Assembly (NCBI RefSeq): GCF_006345805.1
Contig: NC_042999.1
Span: 147,126,001 to 147,190,000 of the forward strand
Direction of reading: 5' to 3'
Length of the DNA stretch: 64,000 bases
DNA from: Octopus sinensis
Taxonomy: Eukaryota
The position numbers were made by a program, and so were the translations under genes. Shown piece by piece: positions 41,392 to 55,730 of this stretch. Position 1 is the stretch's first letter; every line of letters starts with the position of its first letter. The notes under the pieces are model-generated. The model was not told the DNA's origin, made no database searches, and saw only the letters and a list, made by a program, of their open reading frames with translations.

Positions 41392-42349
41392 TGTGTGTAC
41401 GTGTGTGTATATATGTATGTATGTATATGTGTGTGTCTCTATATAATATATTTATGTTGTTTTTTTGAGGATCCATTTACATTCTTTATATTACTAATTT
41501 GATTTCTTTCCACTCTAATCAAATTGTTGTTGCTGTAATATTCAATTCTTTTAGGATTGTACATTGGTGGCAGAATCAATAATTCTGATATCACATTCCG
41601 ATACTTTATATAATCATTTCAGATGAAATCTAATCTGATCTGACGTCGACTTTTATCCCTCCATGGGTGATCAAACAAACCAGTCAAATTCTGTGGTCAT
41701 TTGGTCAGCTGTAAACTAATTCTGTAATTATTTTACTTCAGACGTGTTCTAATTTAAGAGACCTTTCATCAAAGATGTGCCAGCCTTCACTGTCTTTCAT
41801 GGTGTCACATTTTAAAGACATCCTGTATAAAATTATTGAACTTTAACTGCACTACATAGCAGGCCGATTGACGACCTATGGGTTGTGATCACACGTAATG
41901 TATAAAATATGTATCCGTTGAGTGTCTCTCATTCTACATATAACCTCTAATAATAGCCACATGATCTAAGAACTCGATGAAGTAAACAAATATTTACACA
42001 GTCGAACAATTTGGTGCAAATAACAGCCAAATCTTCTAATTTACCTCAAATAACATTTCAGCGTTTTAATAGAAAAGTTCACATTGGGGACAGGTTCTGT
42101 GGGTTGAAATCTAGTTTGAAACACCATTGGTCGTACGGTTTTTAAAGAAGGACGTATTTAGGGTAAGCAGTTTTAACTACTTGGTGTTTGAGTGTATTTG
42201 AGTTTGTCTGCACTTATTTTTCTATGCGTTGACATGTAAGAGAATGTATACCTGTATGTGAGTGTGTGCGTTAGAATGAATACGGTGGAAAATTAGACAG
42301 AGAGACAGGTAGAGAGACAGAGGGATCATGTGTGCGTTTCTATAAATTA

Positions 42350-42540
42350 ACAGCGTTCAGAAAGTATCCCTGTTATTAGGTTGAAGAATGGCTGGAGATG
42401 GTCAACAAGTTCATTTCGCAGCTACATGATTTCTTAACCAGTCTCCTTGCAGAAGGAACCAAGAGGCCATTAGCCACGTTCTTTCGCGTTGGAAGAAAGT
42501 GGCTAAAAGCCATCTGAATTTTCCTAAGGTATCCAGTGTA
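42350..42540 (+). pseudogene. Possible mariner transposase C-terminal relic
   Basis: VEEWL..DF..EG..RWKKV pattern across frameshifts; weak. Confidence 0.3.
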
Positions 42541-44795
42541 ACTTAACATTCCATAACACCAGCGATTATATCATTGGTCTTTATTTAGTAACGAACGTGG
42601 TCACAGCATAAGCCACCGTTCAATCAAAACAGCTTTCAACAAGGCTATTACCATGGCAATAATTATTGTTTAAATATCATAATTATACACATTAATTCAA
42701 GAGCTAGTCAGATGGAAGTAGCTTCATATAATCTACCTATAGAATTTTTTGTAGGCTCATTTCCTTGATAAATCATTTTGCTCTAGATAAATGTTGGCCT
42801 CGGTGGTAGTTAGAAGCCTTATGCGGGTTAGTATTCGGGAAAGACTGTAGACGATTGATCAATCCTCAAGAAATAACAGACAACTCATTTTCATATCGCT
42901 TCCTCACATTTTCTAGAAATGAAGACAAAATTCATTTATGAAATTCTAGAAACGCTAGATGCACTATGCATTTCTTTAGAGCCTATGTCAACGATGGTTT
43001 TCCATGTATTTGAACGTGCACACAGAGGCTTGGGCAACATTTATTGCAGAAACTGGCACTTGCCCATCTAAGCAAGTCTCCCCTTTCGGCGTTACTAATG
43101 TCTTCCAACTGAACAGCCATTGCATTTATGTAGATACAACTTGGTAGCAGGGTCTACAGGGTTACAAAGAACCGGAATAGATTAAAAAGGCCTTTCGTGC
43201 GGTGTTCTAACAATTCCACCAATCCACCGTCCAGGATCGTTACTTTGTTTCCCGACCCTGAAATCATAAGAAAAAAATCCTGATATCGGCAGGCTTTAAA
43301 AGTAGAGAATCGAGACTAGCACAACAAAGTATTTTAAGCAACACTCTAATGACTGGAAATTCTCCACCTTTTTATAAGCAGCATGATTGAAAGAAAGAAC
43401 AATAGAGAGAATACGGTGTTGGGTTGGAATGCATTTCGTAAATAAGTCTCCACGATGCGAGATGACTTGAGGCTACAAACAACATCAATAACTTGGATAT
43501 CATTTGGTATTACTTTCTTAAGTGTATTAGTGTCTATCTATCGTTAGTTTAAATCAAATCCCGAGTGGAATTCTCACATTCACTATTATAAATGAAGGTC
43601 CAGTAAAATCAATGTATCTAAATATGAGTTGTTACCTTTGCTGTTGTTCTTTAGCCCAATGTTTGTTCAGATCCACCAGAAGCATGGTGTGGCTGTGTTG
43701 ATACCATCAAGTCTTCCAGTCTGATATGCTCAATCCTCCGTCGGTTTAGACAATGAGCATTGACTTGTTCTGTCGACTGTGTTATTTCTTCTGACTGAGC
43801 TTTTTTTCCTATACATGTTGTAGTGGCGATTGAGCACCACCATTCATGGTGCGTGTTGCTCAGTAGTTAGGGTGTCACACTTACATTCTCGGTTTCAGTT
43901 CCAGTACCGGGTGGTGCATTAGGGTCTTGTACAAAACACTCCACGTTGCACCAATGAACCCAGCTGTGAGTTCCAACTATCAGGTGAACGTTTCCACAGC
44001 AACGTTCTGTTCAAGGGCTGTGTTGTTATCTTAGTCATTTATAAATCATGGAAACCGTGTTGAGTTCCGGCTTTATGAGATCTGGGGCTTCCGACAGACC
44101 TAATTTCTAAGAGTAATATAACAAATTGAAAAACTATGAGAAAGTTGATCAACCATGTTCCCAGTAGACTAAATTAGACGTAGAAACGTTAAATACACAA
44201 CAAAATGTAAACAGCATTTTTGCTCAGCTTCTGGTTTAATAAAGTGTGTAGTCAAGCCGTATTCAATAAATGTGATAGGCTATTGGTATAAAATACAAGG
44301 CTGTTAATTTATGTCATTGTAAGCTAGAGTTTCTCGTTCCAAACGGATTTTCAAATGATAAAAATAGTTTTTACAGTCACTTGGAATATCTATTTGAAAG
44401 TGGTAAATAAATAGTGGTTAATTTCTGAGGGCTCTTCATAACCCTATTACTCCCTCTCTCTCTCTCGATGTCTGATCTTACAATTTCCTTCCTGGACTAA
44501 CTCATCCACTTTTTAAATATGGCTAGACTCAACGGTGAGATGTATGTTGGCATCATTCAGTATACTCTGCCTTAAAAAAAAATGGAGAAGCTGAGTGAGA
44601 GGCTAGCAATATTGGGTCATCAAGCACGCTACAAAAACTACCCAAGAAAAGAAACCCTTCAAATTACACTTCTTCAGGCTGAGTGCTCTTCAAGATTAAA
44701 GTAACAGTGCAGAGGTCACTGGAATGCATGACTTAGAGGTACTAATTGAATGGATAGAATATATACGATAAGAAATGGATATTAACATTGGTTAG

Positions 44796-45302
44796 GGCGG
44801 CGAGCTGGCAGAATTATTGGCCTAGCGAGAAATATGCTTAGCGGTATTTCCTGTGCCTTCATGTTCTGAGAACAAATTCCACCGAGGTCGACGTTGCCAT
44901 TCATCATTTCATAGTCTATAAAATAAGTACCAGTTGAGGACTAGGGCCGATGAAATAGACTTCACCCCACCCACAAAACCTTGAGCCAAAATAGGAAACA
45001 AATAACTACATTGATTATATATAAATGGGGAAAAAAATATTAGACCGTACATGTGTGATTCTACAAGGAAAATATAAACATGAAGAATAATTTCTTTTCT
45101 ACTATAGAAGCAAAGGCCCGAAATTTTGGGGGTAAGGGACCAGTCGATTAGATCGACCTAGTACGCAACTGGTACTTAATTTATCTAACCCGAAAGGGTA
45201 GAAAGCAAAGTCGACCTCGGTGGAATTTGAACTAAGGACATAAAAACAGACGAAATACCGCTAAATCATTTCGTCCTGTGTGCTAACGTTTCCGCCAGCT
45301 CA
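44796..45302. mobile_element. Convergent pair of family A SINEs (+ 44796-44990; - 45112-45302)
   Basis: Both copies have the head and B-box region. Confidence 0.8.
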
Positions 45303-46374
45303 CAGTATTATATGAAAAATACATTACTTGAAAAGCTGGTAGGTTAATGCTCATTGTGCAAATATTGATGGTATTTTTTTAATTACATAACTAACAAATT
45401 AAATAATTCATAATCGATAAAATAGCAGAAAACATTAAAGTATCCGTATAGCTAGTGAATTATTAGGTTATTTTAGGTTTTAAAACTGTAGTCAGATAAA
45501 AATTAATACTTAAATAAAAAGAGAGAAAATGAACGTAATAAATGAGATAAAGAAAAATTGATACACAATTGGAATTACGCCGACATTTATTAAATTACCA
45601 AAAAAGCAAAAGCACTCATGCACATACACACAAACACAGCAGATTGTGCACACACATATATATGTGTGTGTGTATGTATGTGTGTATGTATGAATATATG
45701 TGTGTATACATATGTATATATATGTATATATGTATATATACATATGTGTAGTTATATATATGCATATATATATATATTTACATATGTCTACATAGATACA
45801 TATAGACAAGAACACACACAAATATATATGTGCATGTGTGTGAGTATATGTATGCGCATGTATATATATGTCTTCCAAGGAATAAATGACATTATGAACA
45901 TCGCTGTTGTTAATAATCAGTCTCGATGTAGGGAAGAAAAATATGTCTATCGACGTTATAACTTAATTGTAAATGCTTAAACTAAATTTATCTGTATAAT
46001 GAAACATAATGAAAAAGAATATCCGAATGCCAAAACGTATTTCGTAGAGAACAAAATGAGGAAAGCATTTTACAGAATACATTACATTTAAATGATAGTG
46101 GGTAAGCCTTGGAATTTTGAAAATATTCAACTGAACAATCATATCAAAAAGATAAGAAAACACTAGCAGGAAGGAAAGTGTTTCCCGTCAAAATGTTAGG
46201 AATAATTTTAAATATTTGAGCCTAAAAAACCGTGATAATTATAATTAAAGAGTGAACGCAATACGATGGACTATACACTATATTCATATACTCAAATGCT
46301 AATCACTAGGTTCTTTGCTAGTGTCGTAGTCCATATATATATATATGTGTGTGTGTGTGAGTGTTTGTGAGTAT

Positions 46375-46790
46375 TTATTTTTCTTTTATTTCTTTCATTC
46401 ATTTGGCTGCACCCATGCAGGAGCACCACCTTTTAGTCGAGCAAATCGACCCCAGGACTTATTCCTTATAAGCGTAGTACTTATTGTATCGGTTTCTTAT
46501 TGCCGAACTGCTAGATTACGGGGACATAAGCACACCTGAATCGATTGTCAAGCGATGGTGGGGGCCAAAAACAGACACACAAACACACATACACACACAC
46601 ACACATATATATATTCATATATATATACGACGAGATTCTTTCAGTTTCCGTCTACCAAATCCACTCACAAGGGTTTGGTTGGCTCGCAGCTCTAGTAGAA
46701 GACACTTTCCCAAGTTGCCACGCAGTGGGACTGAACCCGGAACCATGTGGTTGGTATACAAACTACTTTCCACACAGCCACTCATATATG
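46375..46790 (-). mobile_element. SINE family B copy
   Basis: Reverse complement of the 4611-5062 head and tail, with an internal dinucleotide tract. Confidence 0.8.
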
Positions 46791-47103
46791 TGTGTGTGTG
46801 CGTTTGTGTGTGTGTGTGTGTGTGCGTGAGTGTCTGTGTCTGTGTGTGTGTGTCTGTGTGTGTGTGTCTGTGTGTGTGTATATGCATATATGTATATGTA
46901 TATGTATATATATATACGTATATATGTATATATATGTGTGTTTGTGTCTGTATGATTGTATGTGTGTGAGCTTGTATGTGTATGTGTGTTATGTAAGGGA
47001 GATGACAAGCAATAATTTATTTTACGAACTTTATTATCTTACAGCTGTTTCTGTTATATCATGCAATACACGCACAGTTCACACAGTTAAGTAGTTATAT
47101 ATA

Positions 47104-47173
<70 letters not shown>

Positions 47174-47461
47174 ATGTGTGGGTGTGGGGGGAGTGGTTGT
47201 GTGTGTTTGTGTGTGTGTAAATGTATACTATTCTACGTGACACAGCTGCACATTAGCTTATCCTTTGCAGTAGGGAAAGAGAGAACAAAACGGTCACTGT
47301 CATAGAGACCGGTGATCGGGTCGACTTCTACTTAAGTCAAAGTCTAGCACAATATAACGATAAATAATCATGTAGATCGATGAAATAAATACCAGTTGAG
47401 CACTGGTGGCGATATAATCGATTCGCGTACCTCCCTTGATGGCGTTGTACATATATATGAA

Positions 47462-47532
<71 letters not shown>

Positions 47533-47553
47533 TATTATTATTATTATTATTAC

Positions 47554-47603
<50 letters not shown>

Positions 47604-47620
47604 TATTATTATTATTATTA

Positions 47621-48159
47621 CTCTTTTTTTCCTCTTTCAAATTTGCTTCCATTTCTTGCCGGGTGTTTTCCCGACTCCTAGGGCAAAGAAACTCATAGTA
47701 TACATTGGTAGGCCATTAAACTAAACTCAATAGTTCGTTCATTTTTTTTTATTTTTTAAGTTAAATTAAAATACATGGGTAGTAATAATTCTCACATCGA
47801 CAATGCTCTTCTCAATACGTGTGATGAACCAGTTAAGACAATCTTTTGCACTTCTTGCACTTATTATTATAATAATAATAATAATTATTATTATTATTAT
47901 TATATTATTATTATTATTACTCTTTTTTTCCTCTTTCAAATTTGCTTCCATTTCTTGCCGGGTGTTTTCCCGACTCCTAGGGCAAAGAAACTCATAGTAT
48001 ACATTGGTAGGCCATTAAACTAAACTCAATAGTTCGTTCATTTTTTTTTATTTTTTAAGTTAAATTAAAATACATGGGTAGTAATAATTCTCACATCGAC
48101 AATGCTCTTCTCAATACGTGTGATGAACCAGTTAAGACAATCTTTTGCACTTCTTGCAC
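47621..48159 (-). repeat. Exact tandem duplication (299-bp period) of an R4/Dong-like LINE 3' end within (TTA)n
   Basis: 47621-47860 is identical by eye to 47920-48159. The minus strand encodes VQEVQKIVLTGSSHVLRRALSM*. Confidence 0.9.
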
Positions 48160-48182
48160 TTATTATTATAATAATAATAATA

Positions 48183-48221
<39 letters not shown>

Positions 48222-48993
48222 TGAATGAAGTTTACATATAATAGTTGCTGGAGAGTGAAAATGAAAAGAAAAAAAACAAGAAATCAAGAACAAATATCCA
48301 ACAAATATTCAGTATCCAAAAACAATAACGTTATCGATTCCATCAATACGAGCGACGCCGACACAGACAATAATGGCGATGACGATAACGATGAGGACGG
48401 CGGCCATCGCGACCAACACGACAACTTGCAACAATTTAATAACAGGAACAGGTTCTGTGTTATAACTGGCCACATTTTAACAATTTTCAACAGCATGCGT
48501 TTTCTTTTTTATATGTCACTCAGTTTCGCAGTATCCGATCTATTTATAAATTAATCAATCAGCCTTATCAATAACTTGATCTCACAAACATTAACCGAAC
48601 GTTCTCGTCATTCAGCTAACCACAAGCCAAATCTTGCCACGTACAACGTTTCCATTAAAAGTTTCTCTCTCTCTCTTTCTCTCTTTCCCTCCTTCTCGCC
48701 CTCTTACTCTTTAACCATGTAGTTCCGGTTTCTCCCCCACTGCGTCGCTTATAGGGGACTTGTAATCTATCAGGGGCTAGGTTTATGATGGTTATGTCTT
48801 TATTTTTACACTCAAACGCACAGACACATGAGAGCGCACACATATATGTGTATACGTATGTACACAAAAACGCGGGCGCGCACACTGACACAAACACAAG
48901 AAATAAAGGTTGAAAATTCACAGAGAATACACGAAGATTTATTTAAATACTAATATGTATGTATCTCTCTTCCCCCTTTCTCTCTCTCTCTCT

Positions 48994-49044
<51 letters not shown>

Positions 49045-49147
49045 GGGAGAGTTTGCGAAAAAAACAAAAGACGAAGACAGGTGGTGTACAAAACAAACAG
49101 AACGCTCAGGAATGGAAAAAGCTTTTTACGTTTCGAGCCTACGCTCT

Positions 49148-49151
<4 letters not shown>
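49045..49151 (-). mobile_element. Short microsatellite-embedded element with hammerhead-like motif (homolog at 57500-57686, +)
   Basis: Shared AAAAGACGAAGACA.GTGGTGTACAAAACAAACAG..CGCTCAGGAAT. Minus strand reads GAGC-gtag-GCTC-GAAAC-GTA-aaaag. Confidence 0.7.
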
Positions 49152-49192
<41 letters not shown>

Positions 49193-49229
49193 ATATATAT
49201 ATATAATATATATATATATAGATATAGAT

Positions 49230-49342
<113 letters not shown>

Positions 49343-50039
49343 CAGACAGATACATACATACATACATAAGAAGATGAGAAAAGCATAGGCATAATTGGTA
49401 ATCCTTTATTTCAATAGTTACATATCCGACAACACATTACATCACACTACTCAGTAGATACAGCTTATAGAGCAAGCATAGAGCAAACACGTCGTCAGAC
49501 GATCGATAAAGAAATACAAGTCAAGAGCCAGTAGCAACCATGCACACTGGCGGAACAGGCCAGTGACAAAATGGGATGGAGTAGGTTGGTAGTTAAGTCA
49601 ACCGACATTATCGCAAAGTGGTGTTTGTCGGGTTGAGGTTAATCTTTGGGTAAGAAAGTTGCTCTTCGGCTGGTTTTACTTAACCATTTAATGTTTCATT
49701 CCGTCTTTTCTAGCACATTGATTTCCACCCTCTCTGCAAGTAGAGATCTCGTATAAAGCTGAGTTGATAGTTTCCTTGTGCCAGCGGCTTCTCTGTTGGC
49801 TTCAAAGGCGTGCCTTACCTAGTGAGATACGCAGAAACTCGTTACTTGTTAACATTGGGCTTTGTACGAACATAATCGGGCAAATGCATATACTTACATA
49901 TGCGCAAATGCGCAAGCGAATAAACACATATATATTACAAAATGGATAAAGAAATACTTATTACAGCTGACATTAATTAAAATGTCGAAACAATTGTCAA
50001 CAATCTTTCGTCTCTGGGATTGGTTGCTTCTACCACATT

Positions 50040-50890
50040 TCAATATCACGACGTATATTAATAAATTGCGTTCTCTCAAATCTGCCGTGCCAGAAAATTC
50101 AATTTTGTTGCCGATTCTCTTCTTTGTAAACATAAATGCTCCATCCAACCACTCTCACTCGCATCGAAATGTCACTACACTTCACTCTTGCTCAACGTTC
50201 ACCAAACAAGTGTAATCTACGTGCAGCTTTGCCACCCCAAGAATATAGATTCCCTGATTAGTTACGCAGAAGCCTTGAACCAACGGTGATATGCCTATGA
50301 TGCCTCTTTCAGCGGCAAGAAAACACGAACGCTTCTCTTATCAAGAAATCACCGACCCATATCCATTTCCACACGAGCAGCACACTGTTAAAACATTCAA
50401 AACCACCGTAATTTGAGGATTTCAACAATACTATATAACTCTTCTGCTGAACTTACACGCTTAAAACAGCTAGAACCGCATTCCACCGACTGGCACATTT
50501 CTTCAATGTTCGAAGATATTTCAGCACACAACAAAATTTAGAAAGACTACAAAACTATGATGAGACCCATAAGGGGGTGTCATTCTCACAACTGGGTCAG
50601 TGCCGCTGATGTATACACATCTAAATCGACAGTCAGAAAGGGGCCATCCAACCGATTAGCATAACGTCCTTAACATAAATACTCTTTCCTTTAGCCCATG
50701 GGCCAGTGGTCTCATTTCTCTGTCTTTCCAAATGTACAATGATTGCCTCTGCTCCTGAGCGCCGGCTCAATTGATACCCCAATAACACTTAAATATCTCC
50801 CTTCTTGCCATCACACTCGTTATATCCAACCTCCTAGACCCCACACAAATCACTACGCCAAATCATTCCTCCCTAGAATTTTCTCCCTGG
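50040..50890 (+). pseudogene. Highly decayed CR1/L2-like LINE
   Basis: KSAVPENSILLPILFFVNIN (SGVPQGS.LGP.LF..YIN-like) and TNHYAKSFLPR (3'-end motif). Confidence 0.6.
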
Positions 50891-51755
50891 ATATATATTT
50901 TCTACTGGTGTTGATTATTAAAAAATTTAAGAACAGTAATACCGTCAATCTCACAAACATGATCCTGAATAGTTCATACCATACAGACTGTCTCTTCCTC
51001 CTATACCAACAACTAGAAGAGAATTTAATGCTAATTTCATTCGTGGATTTATGCCAAATTATACCGAGTTCTCTTCTGACGTTACACTCCGGTTGAATCG
51101 ACATACAAATCATAGACAAAGTGTAGGGATAATATATACATTGCATACACACACACGCACACACACACATGTATATATATATATGTATGTATAACAAAAT
51201 TTGGTTGTAGAACAAACAACAAATTTATGGTCATCCACTTAACATATCACATCACGAACATTTCATCACATATAAAGAAACAAGGCTTTTCCTTATACAT
51301 AGAATACGGATGCATAAAATCACAGAAGATAAAACAATATTTCATTTAGACAAGCATATAAAGAAAATGTGACTACAGTCTATCGCAATATAAAATATTA
51401 AAAATTAATACTTCAGCGTCTAAAAAAAAAAATTTAACATTATGTTACCTAGAATAATAAATATATAAATATATAAATTTCCCATATATTATCAGTAGTG
51501 GTTTTATTAGAGTCTTGCTCCTTAACTGGCTATTAACAACTTGATTTAGGATCTTCCTTTTCCACACCTTACTTTCTACTACTTCGAAATAATCTTGACA
51601 AGTTTTATGACAATACCCACTATGATTCTGTCATCTCCCTCATGACCTTCCCACACAGACACTGCTCTATTGTCTTAGATTTTGAAATACAAAGATTTAA
51701 TAAACTTGGACAATAAATCATAACCGAACACAAAAATCAGTGGCAAGCTGCAAAC

Positions 51756-51787
51756 CTAACAAGTTTTTTTTTTTCCTGTCTTTGCAG
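51756..51787 (+). promoter_or_regulatory. Candidate strong 3' splice site
   Basis: CTAAC branch motif (51756-60), a 20-nt pyrimidine-rich tract, then TTTGCAG|G. Confidence 0.4.
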
Positions 51788-51997
51788 GTTCTAACCTGAA
51801 GTGAAAACAGCATGAACTATGTGTGTCTTCTTACCCTCTTAGAGGATCTAAGTAAAATTATACAAATGTGTCCTACTATTTAAATTAATTCTATTTATTT
51901 ATGCTGTTGAGAATAGCTCTGCATTTAAATTGATGTAATGATTGCATTGTTAAATTAAATGGAGCCGCTTGAAAGGGTCGTAGTACATCACTTCTGG

Positions 51998-52117
<120 letters not shown>

Positions 52118-52182
52118 TATATATAGATAGATACATAGATAGATAGATACATAGATACATAGATACATAGATACATAGATAC

Positions 52183-52265
<83 letters not shown>

Positions 52266-53439
52266 TATGTAAACGTCTGTGTTCGTGTGTGTACACAGCA
52301 CACCTGTACACATAGAAGAGCAGAGAGTGACTTTAATGGAACCCCTTAAATATTCTCAGTGCAAATATTCGTTCTTTGTAAATATCTATCATTTATTAAT
52401 ATGTAATTAATACTAAGTGAACTTAATATCTCCAGCAATTTCATATATCTATCAATACATTATTTTTCTATCCTACCATTTATCAATAGCTTCTTCAATC
52501 TATTTCTGTGCCTGCATGTGCTATTAATTTGTCAGTTCTTTGAATCCAGTCGATTCATCCATACATAATATATTATCTTTTCTACGGAGTATGACATCTA
52601 ACTTTTCCATCCATCATACATTTTCAGACTTGAAAATATGTTATCTCTCCAAGCTAACGATCCGTTCATTCCGTTATTTTTTTAAAACCTTTGCCTCTTC
52701 GTCTTTCTAAATCTAATCGTTTGATCATAAACGCATTGATAAATATCTAATAATAAAATCAGTCATAATACCCTAGAATAAAGAAACCGAATATGCCAAA
52801 TGTAGCTATAGATATGGAATGTCTTAATGGTATCTGGATATTACACACGGACTGTCTTTCTGTCCTTTTCTTGTCGAGAATTTCTCCAGTCCACCTTGAT
52901 AAAATCTGATGTGTAAGCAAATCAAAAGGAAATGGATAGAGTTGCATTTAACCGGATATGATGAAGTGGATTGCAATGACAAAAGTTAAGCTCTTTATCG
53001 ATACGGCTGGATTATGAGTATATCTTTATTATGTCTTTCATTTTCAAATAATTCTGGATTCCAACTGTTTCTGAATTAAGATTTTGTTTGCTTGTGGGAT
53101 AAAAAAAAAACGACAACGTCCCCGTGAAGCTTTGTGGTATAGAACAAAGATGAAAAGAACGCTACTGTTGTCCGGCTGTTTTTATTAGAAACCCTGCTGA
53201 AAATCAATTAAATAAGAAAATCTATGGCGAGTTAATGATCAAAACACAGACTTAGTTGCTGCAAATTTCCAATTCATTGATCTATTTTCCTCCTTATTTA
53301 CCACAGCACTTATACTCAGAAAAATCATTTAAAGTCACCTTTCATATTCAATTGGTTAACAGCCCTTTTAAAGTATGCAAAATTCGTCGGCTTTTCTTTA
53401 AATCAATTTATAGATTTAGATGAGTTTATTCCAGAGATG

Positions 53440-53635
53440 AGGAATTATGTACATTATTTACATTATTTACAATTGACGGATATTTGTTCCAATCTTGTTT
53501 GTTGTTAACTCAACTTTTCGGCTGATATGCCCTCCAACCTTCATCAGGTCTCTTGGTGAAATTTCGAACCTGGGTTCTCATTCCAAGACACCTGATAAAG
53601 GTTATTCACACCTGATGGAGGGTATATCAAAATAG
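53440..53635 (-). mobile_element. Penelope pLTR-like fragment with degenerate minimal hammerhead and an inverted partial copy
   Basis: Minus strand: CTGATGA-A-GGTTG-gagggcatat-CAGCC-GAAA-A-GTT (53507-53552). Plus-strand partial ACACCTGATGGAGGGTATATCA at about 53608-53629. Confidence 0.6.
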
Positions 53636-53880
53636 CTCTTTATATTGACGCCTACTATTTCCCTCTAACTCTCACACATCGTCTCTAGAAAGAGCTGTAA
53701 GACTTACTTTCCCTTTATTAATGTCTTGAAAATTCCACTCAGCTATGGCTTTGTTGTCTCATTTTATTTAACTCAAAGACATACACACACATATACACAC
53801 ATACACACACACACACACATGCACACACACACACACACACACATACACACACACACAGATATATATATATATTTATACGC

Positions 53881-54065
53881 AGGCATGGCTGTCTGGTAAT
53901 AAGCTTGCTTCCCAACCACATGGTTCCGGCTTCAGTGCCACTGCGTGGCACCTTCGACAAGTGTCTTCTACTATAACCTGAGGCCGAAGAAAGCCTTGGG
54001 AAACTGAAAGAAGCCCGTCGATTATGTATATACATTTATTTATATATATATATATACATATATAT

Positions 54066-54100
<35 letters not shown>

Positions 54101-54125
54101 CATATATACATATATACATACATAT

Positions 54126-54172
<47 letters not shown>

Positions 54173-54410
54173 ATATATAATATATATATATATATATGCG
54201 TGTGTGTGCCTGTGTTTGGCCCCTCCCACCATCGCTTGACAACCGATGGTAATATGTTTAGGTCACCGAAAGTTAGCGGCTCGACAATGAAGGCGATGGA
54301 ATAAGTACTAGGCTTACAAATAATGAGTCGTGTTGTCGATTTGATCGACCGAATTGGTGTTCCAGCATGGCCCGCAGTCAAATGACTGAAACAAATAAAA
54401 CAATACAAGA
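53881..54410 (+). mobile_element. SINE family B copy with expanded internal (TA)/(CA) tract
   Basis: Head 53881-54020, about 180 bp of microsatellite, tail 54205-54410. Confidence 0.8.
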
Positions 54411-54678
54411 ATACGAGAGTATGTATATACATAATTGAGAAAAATAGAGTCAGCAACGCGTACAGTTTGATATCTATTTTCAATCACATCACTTCTGTCC
54501 GTATATATGTGCATATATGTGTATATGTGTATGCATGTGAATGTGGGTACATTTCTGCATATTTGTCAGTGTATATATATATTAATTATTTATTAATAAT
54601 AATAATAATAATAAAATTACAAAAAAGGATGAGCCTCGATTATACATACACACACACACACACACACCACACACACAC

Positions 54679-54745
<67 letters not shown>

Positions 54746-54902
54746 GGTTGTCAGTGCAACCCACCATGAGATAACATATATCCAGTATACTGCCAGTAAG
54801 GCACCCAAGAAAGTTAATACATAAATGTTAAGAATTGCGATGCAATTAATTCATTTATTGTATTATATGGGCGAAGGTAAAATGTTTTACCACAAATTCA
54901 TA

Positions 54903-55686
54903 ATACAAAATAAGAAAATGGAGAAATACACCTTAATCAATAATCAACTACCAGATAATACCCAATCACATAATTTATTAACCAACTACATATGAACATC
55001 AAGGTCAAATGTAATAGTACAGAACAAAACAATGCACATCAATGAGTAATATGATACAATAAGTACAATATGTATAAATAAATATAAATAAATATAAATT
55101 TAAATATAAACTACATCTTACAGCTGTTTCAGCCATGTAGATATGAGTATCTCTGATTTGACTAACTGTAACCTTGTATATATGTATGTGTATTATTATA
55201 TATTATTATGTATATACGTACATATATATATATATATATATATATAGGAGCATGGGTATATAAACTTATATGCATATGTATATTATATATTATGTGTATG
55301 TACCCATTCTTGTATGGGTGTACCTTCTCTGATATTCATAGTTAGATTGTATTTTATAATCTCTGAAGAGAACTTGGGATATATTTGTAAGTGTCTCATT
55401 TATAACCACATATTAACTTATCACACCTGGCTAATATGAGCATAATGAGAATCTCATATCTACATGACTGAACCAGCTGTAAGATGTAGTTTATATTTAT
55501 ATTTATTTATATTTATTTATACATATTGTACTTATTGTATTGTATTACTCATTGATGTGCATTGTTTTGTTCTGTACTATTATCTTTGACCTTGATGTTC
55601 ATATGTAGTTGGTTAATAAATTATGTGATTGGGTATTTTCTGGTAGTTGATTATTGATTAAGGTGTATTTCTCCATTTTCTTATTT

Positions 55687-55691
<5 letters not shown>
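54903..55691. repeat. Long inverted repeat: about 240-bp arms, about 305-bp spacer
   Basis: 54903-55147 is the reverse complement of 55453-55691, with scattered mismatches and small indels. Confidence 0.92.

Positions 55692-55730
<39 letters not shown>

Noticed and set aside
48225-48554. 109-aa D/N-rich ORF
   Set aside because: Decayed triplet low-complexity sequence next to TTA arrays, with no domain or splice support.
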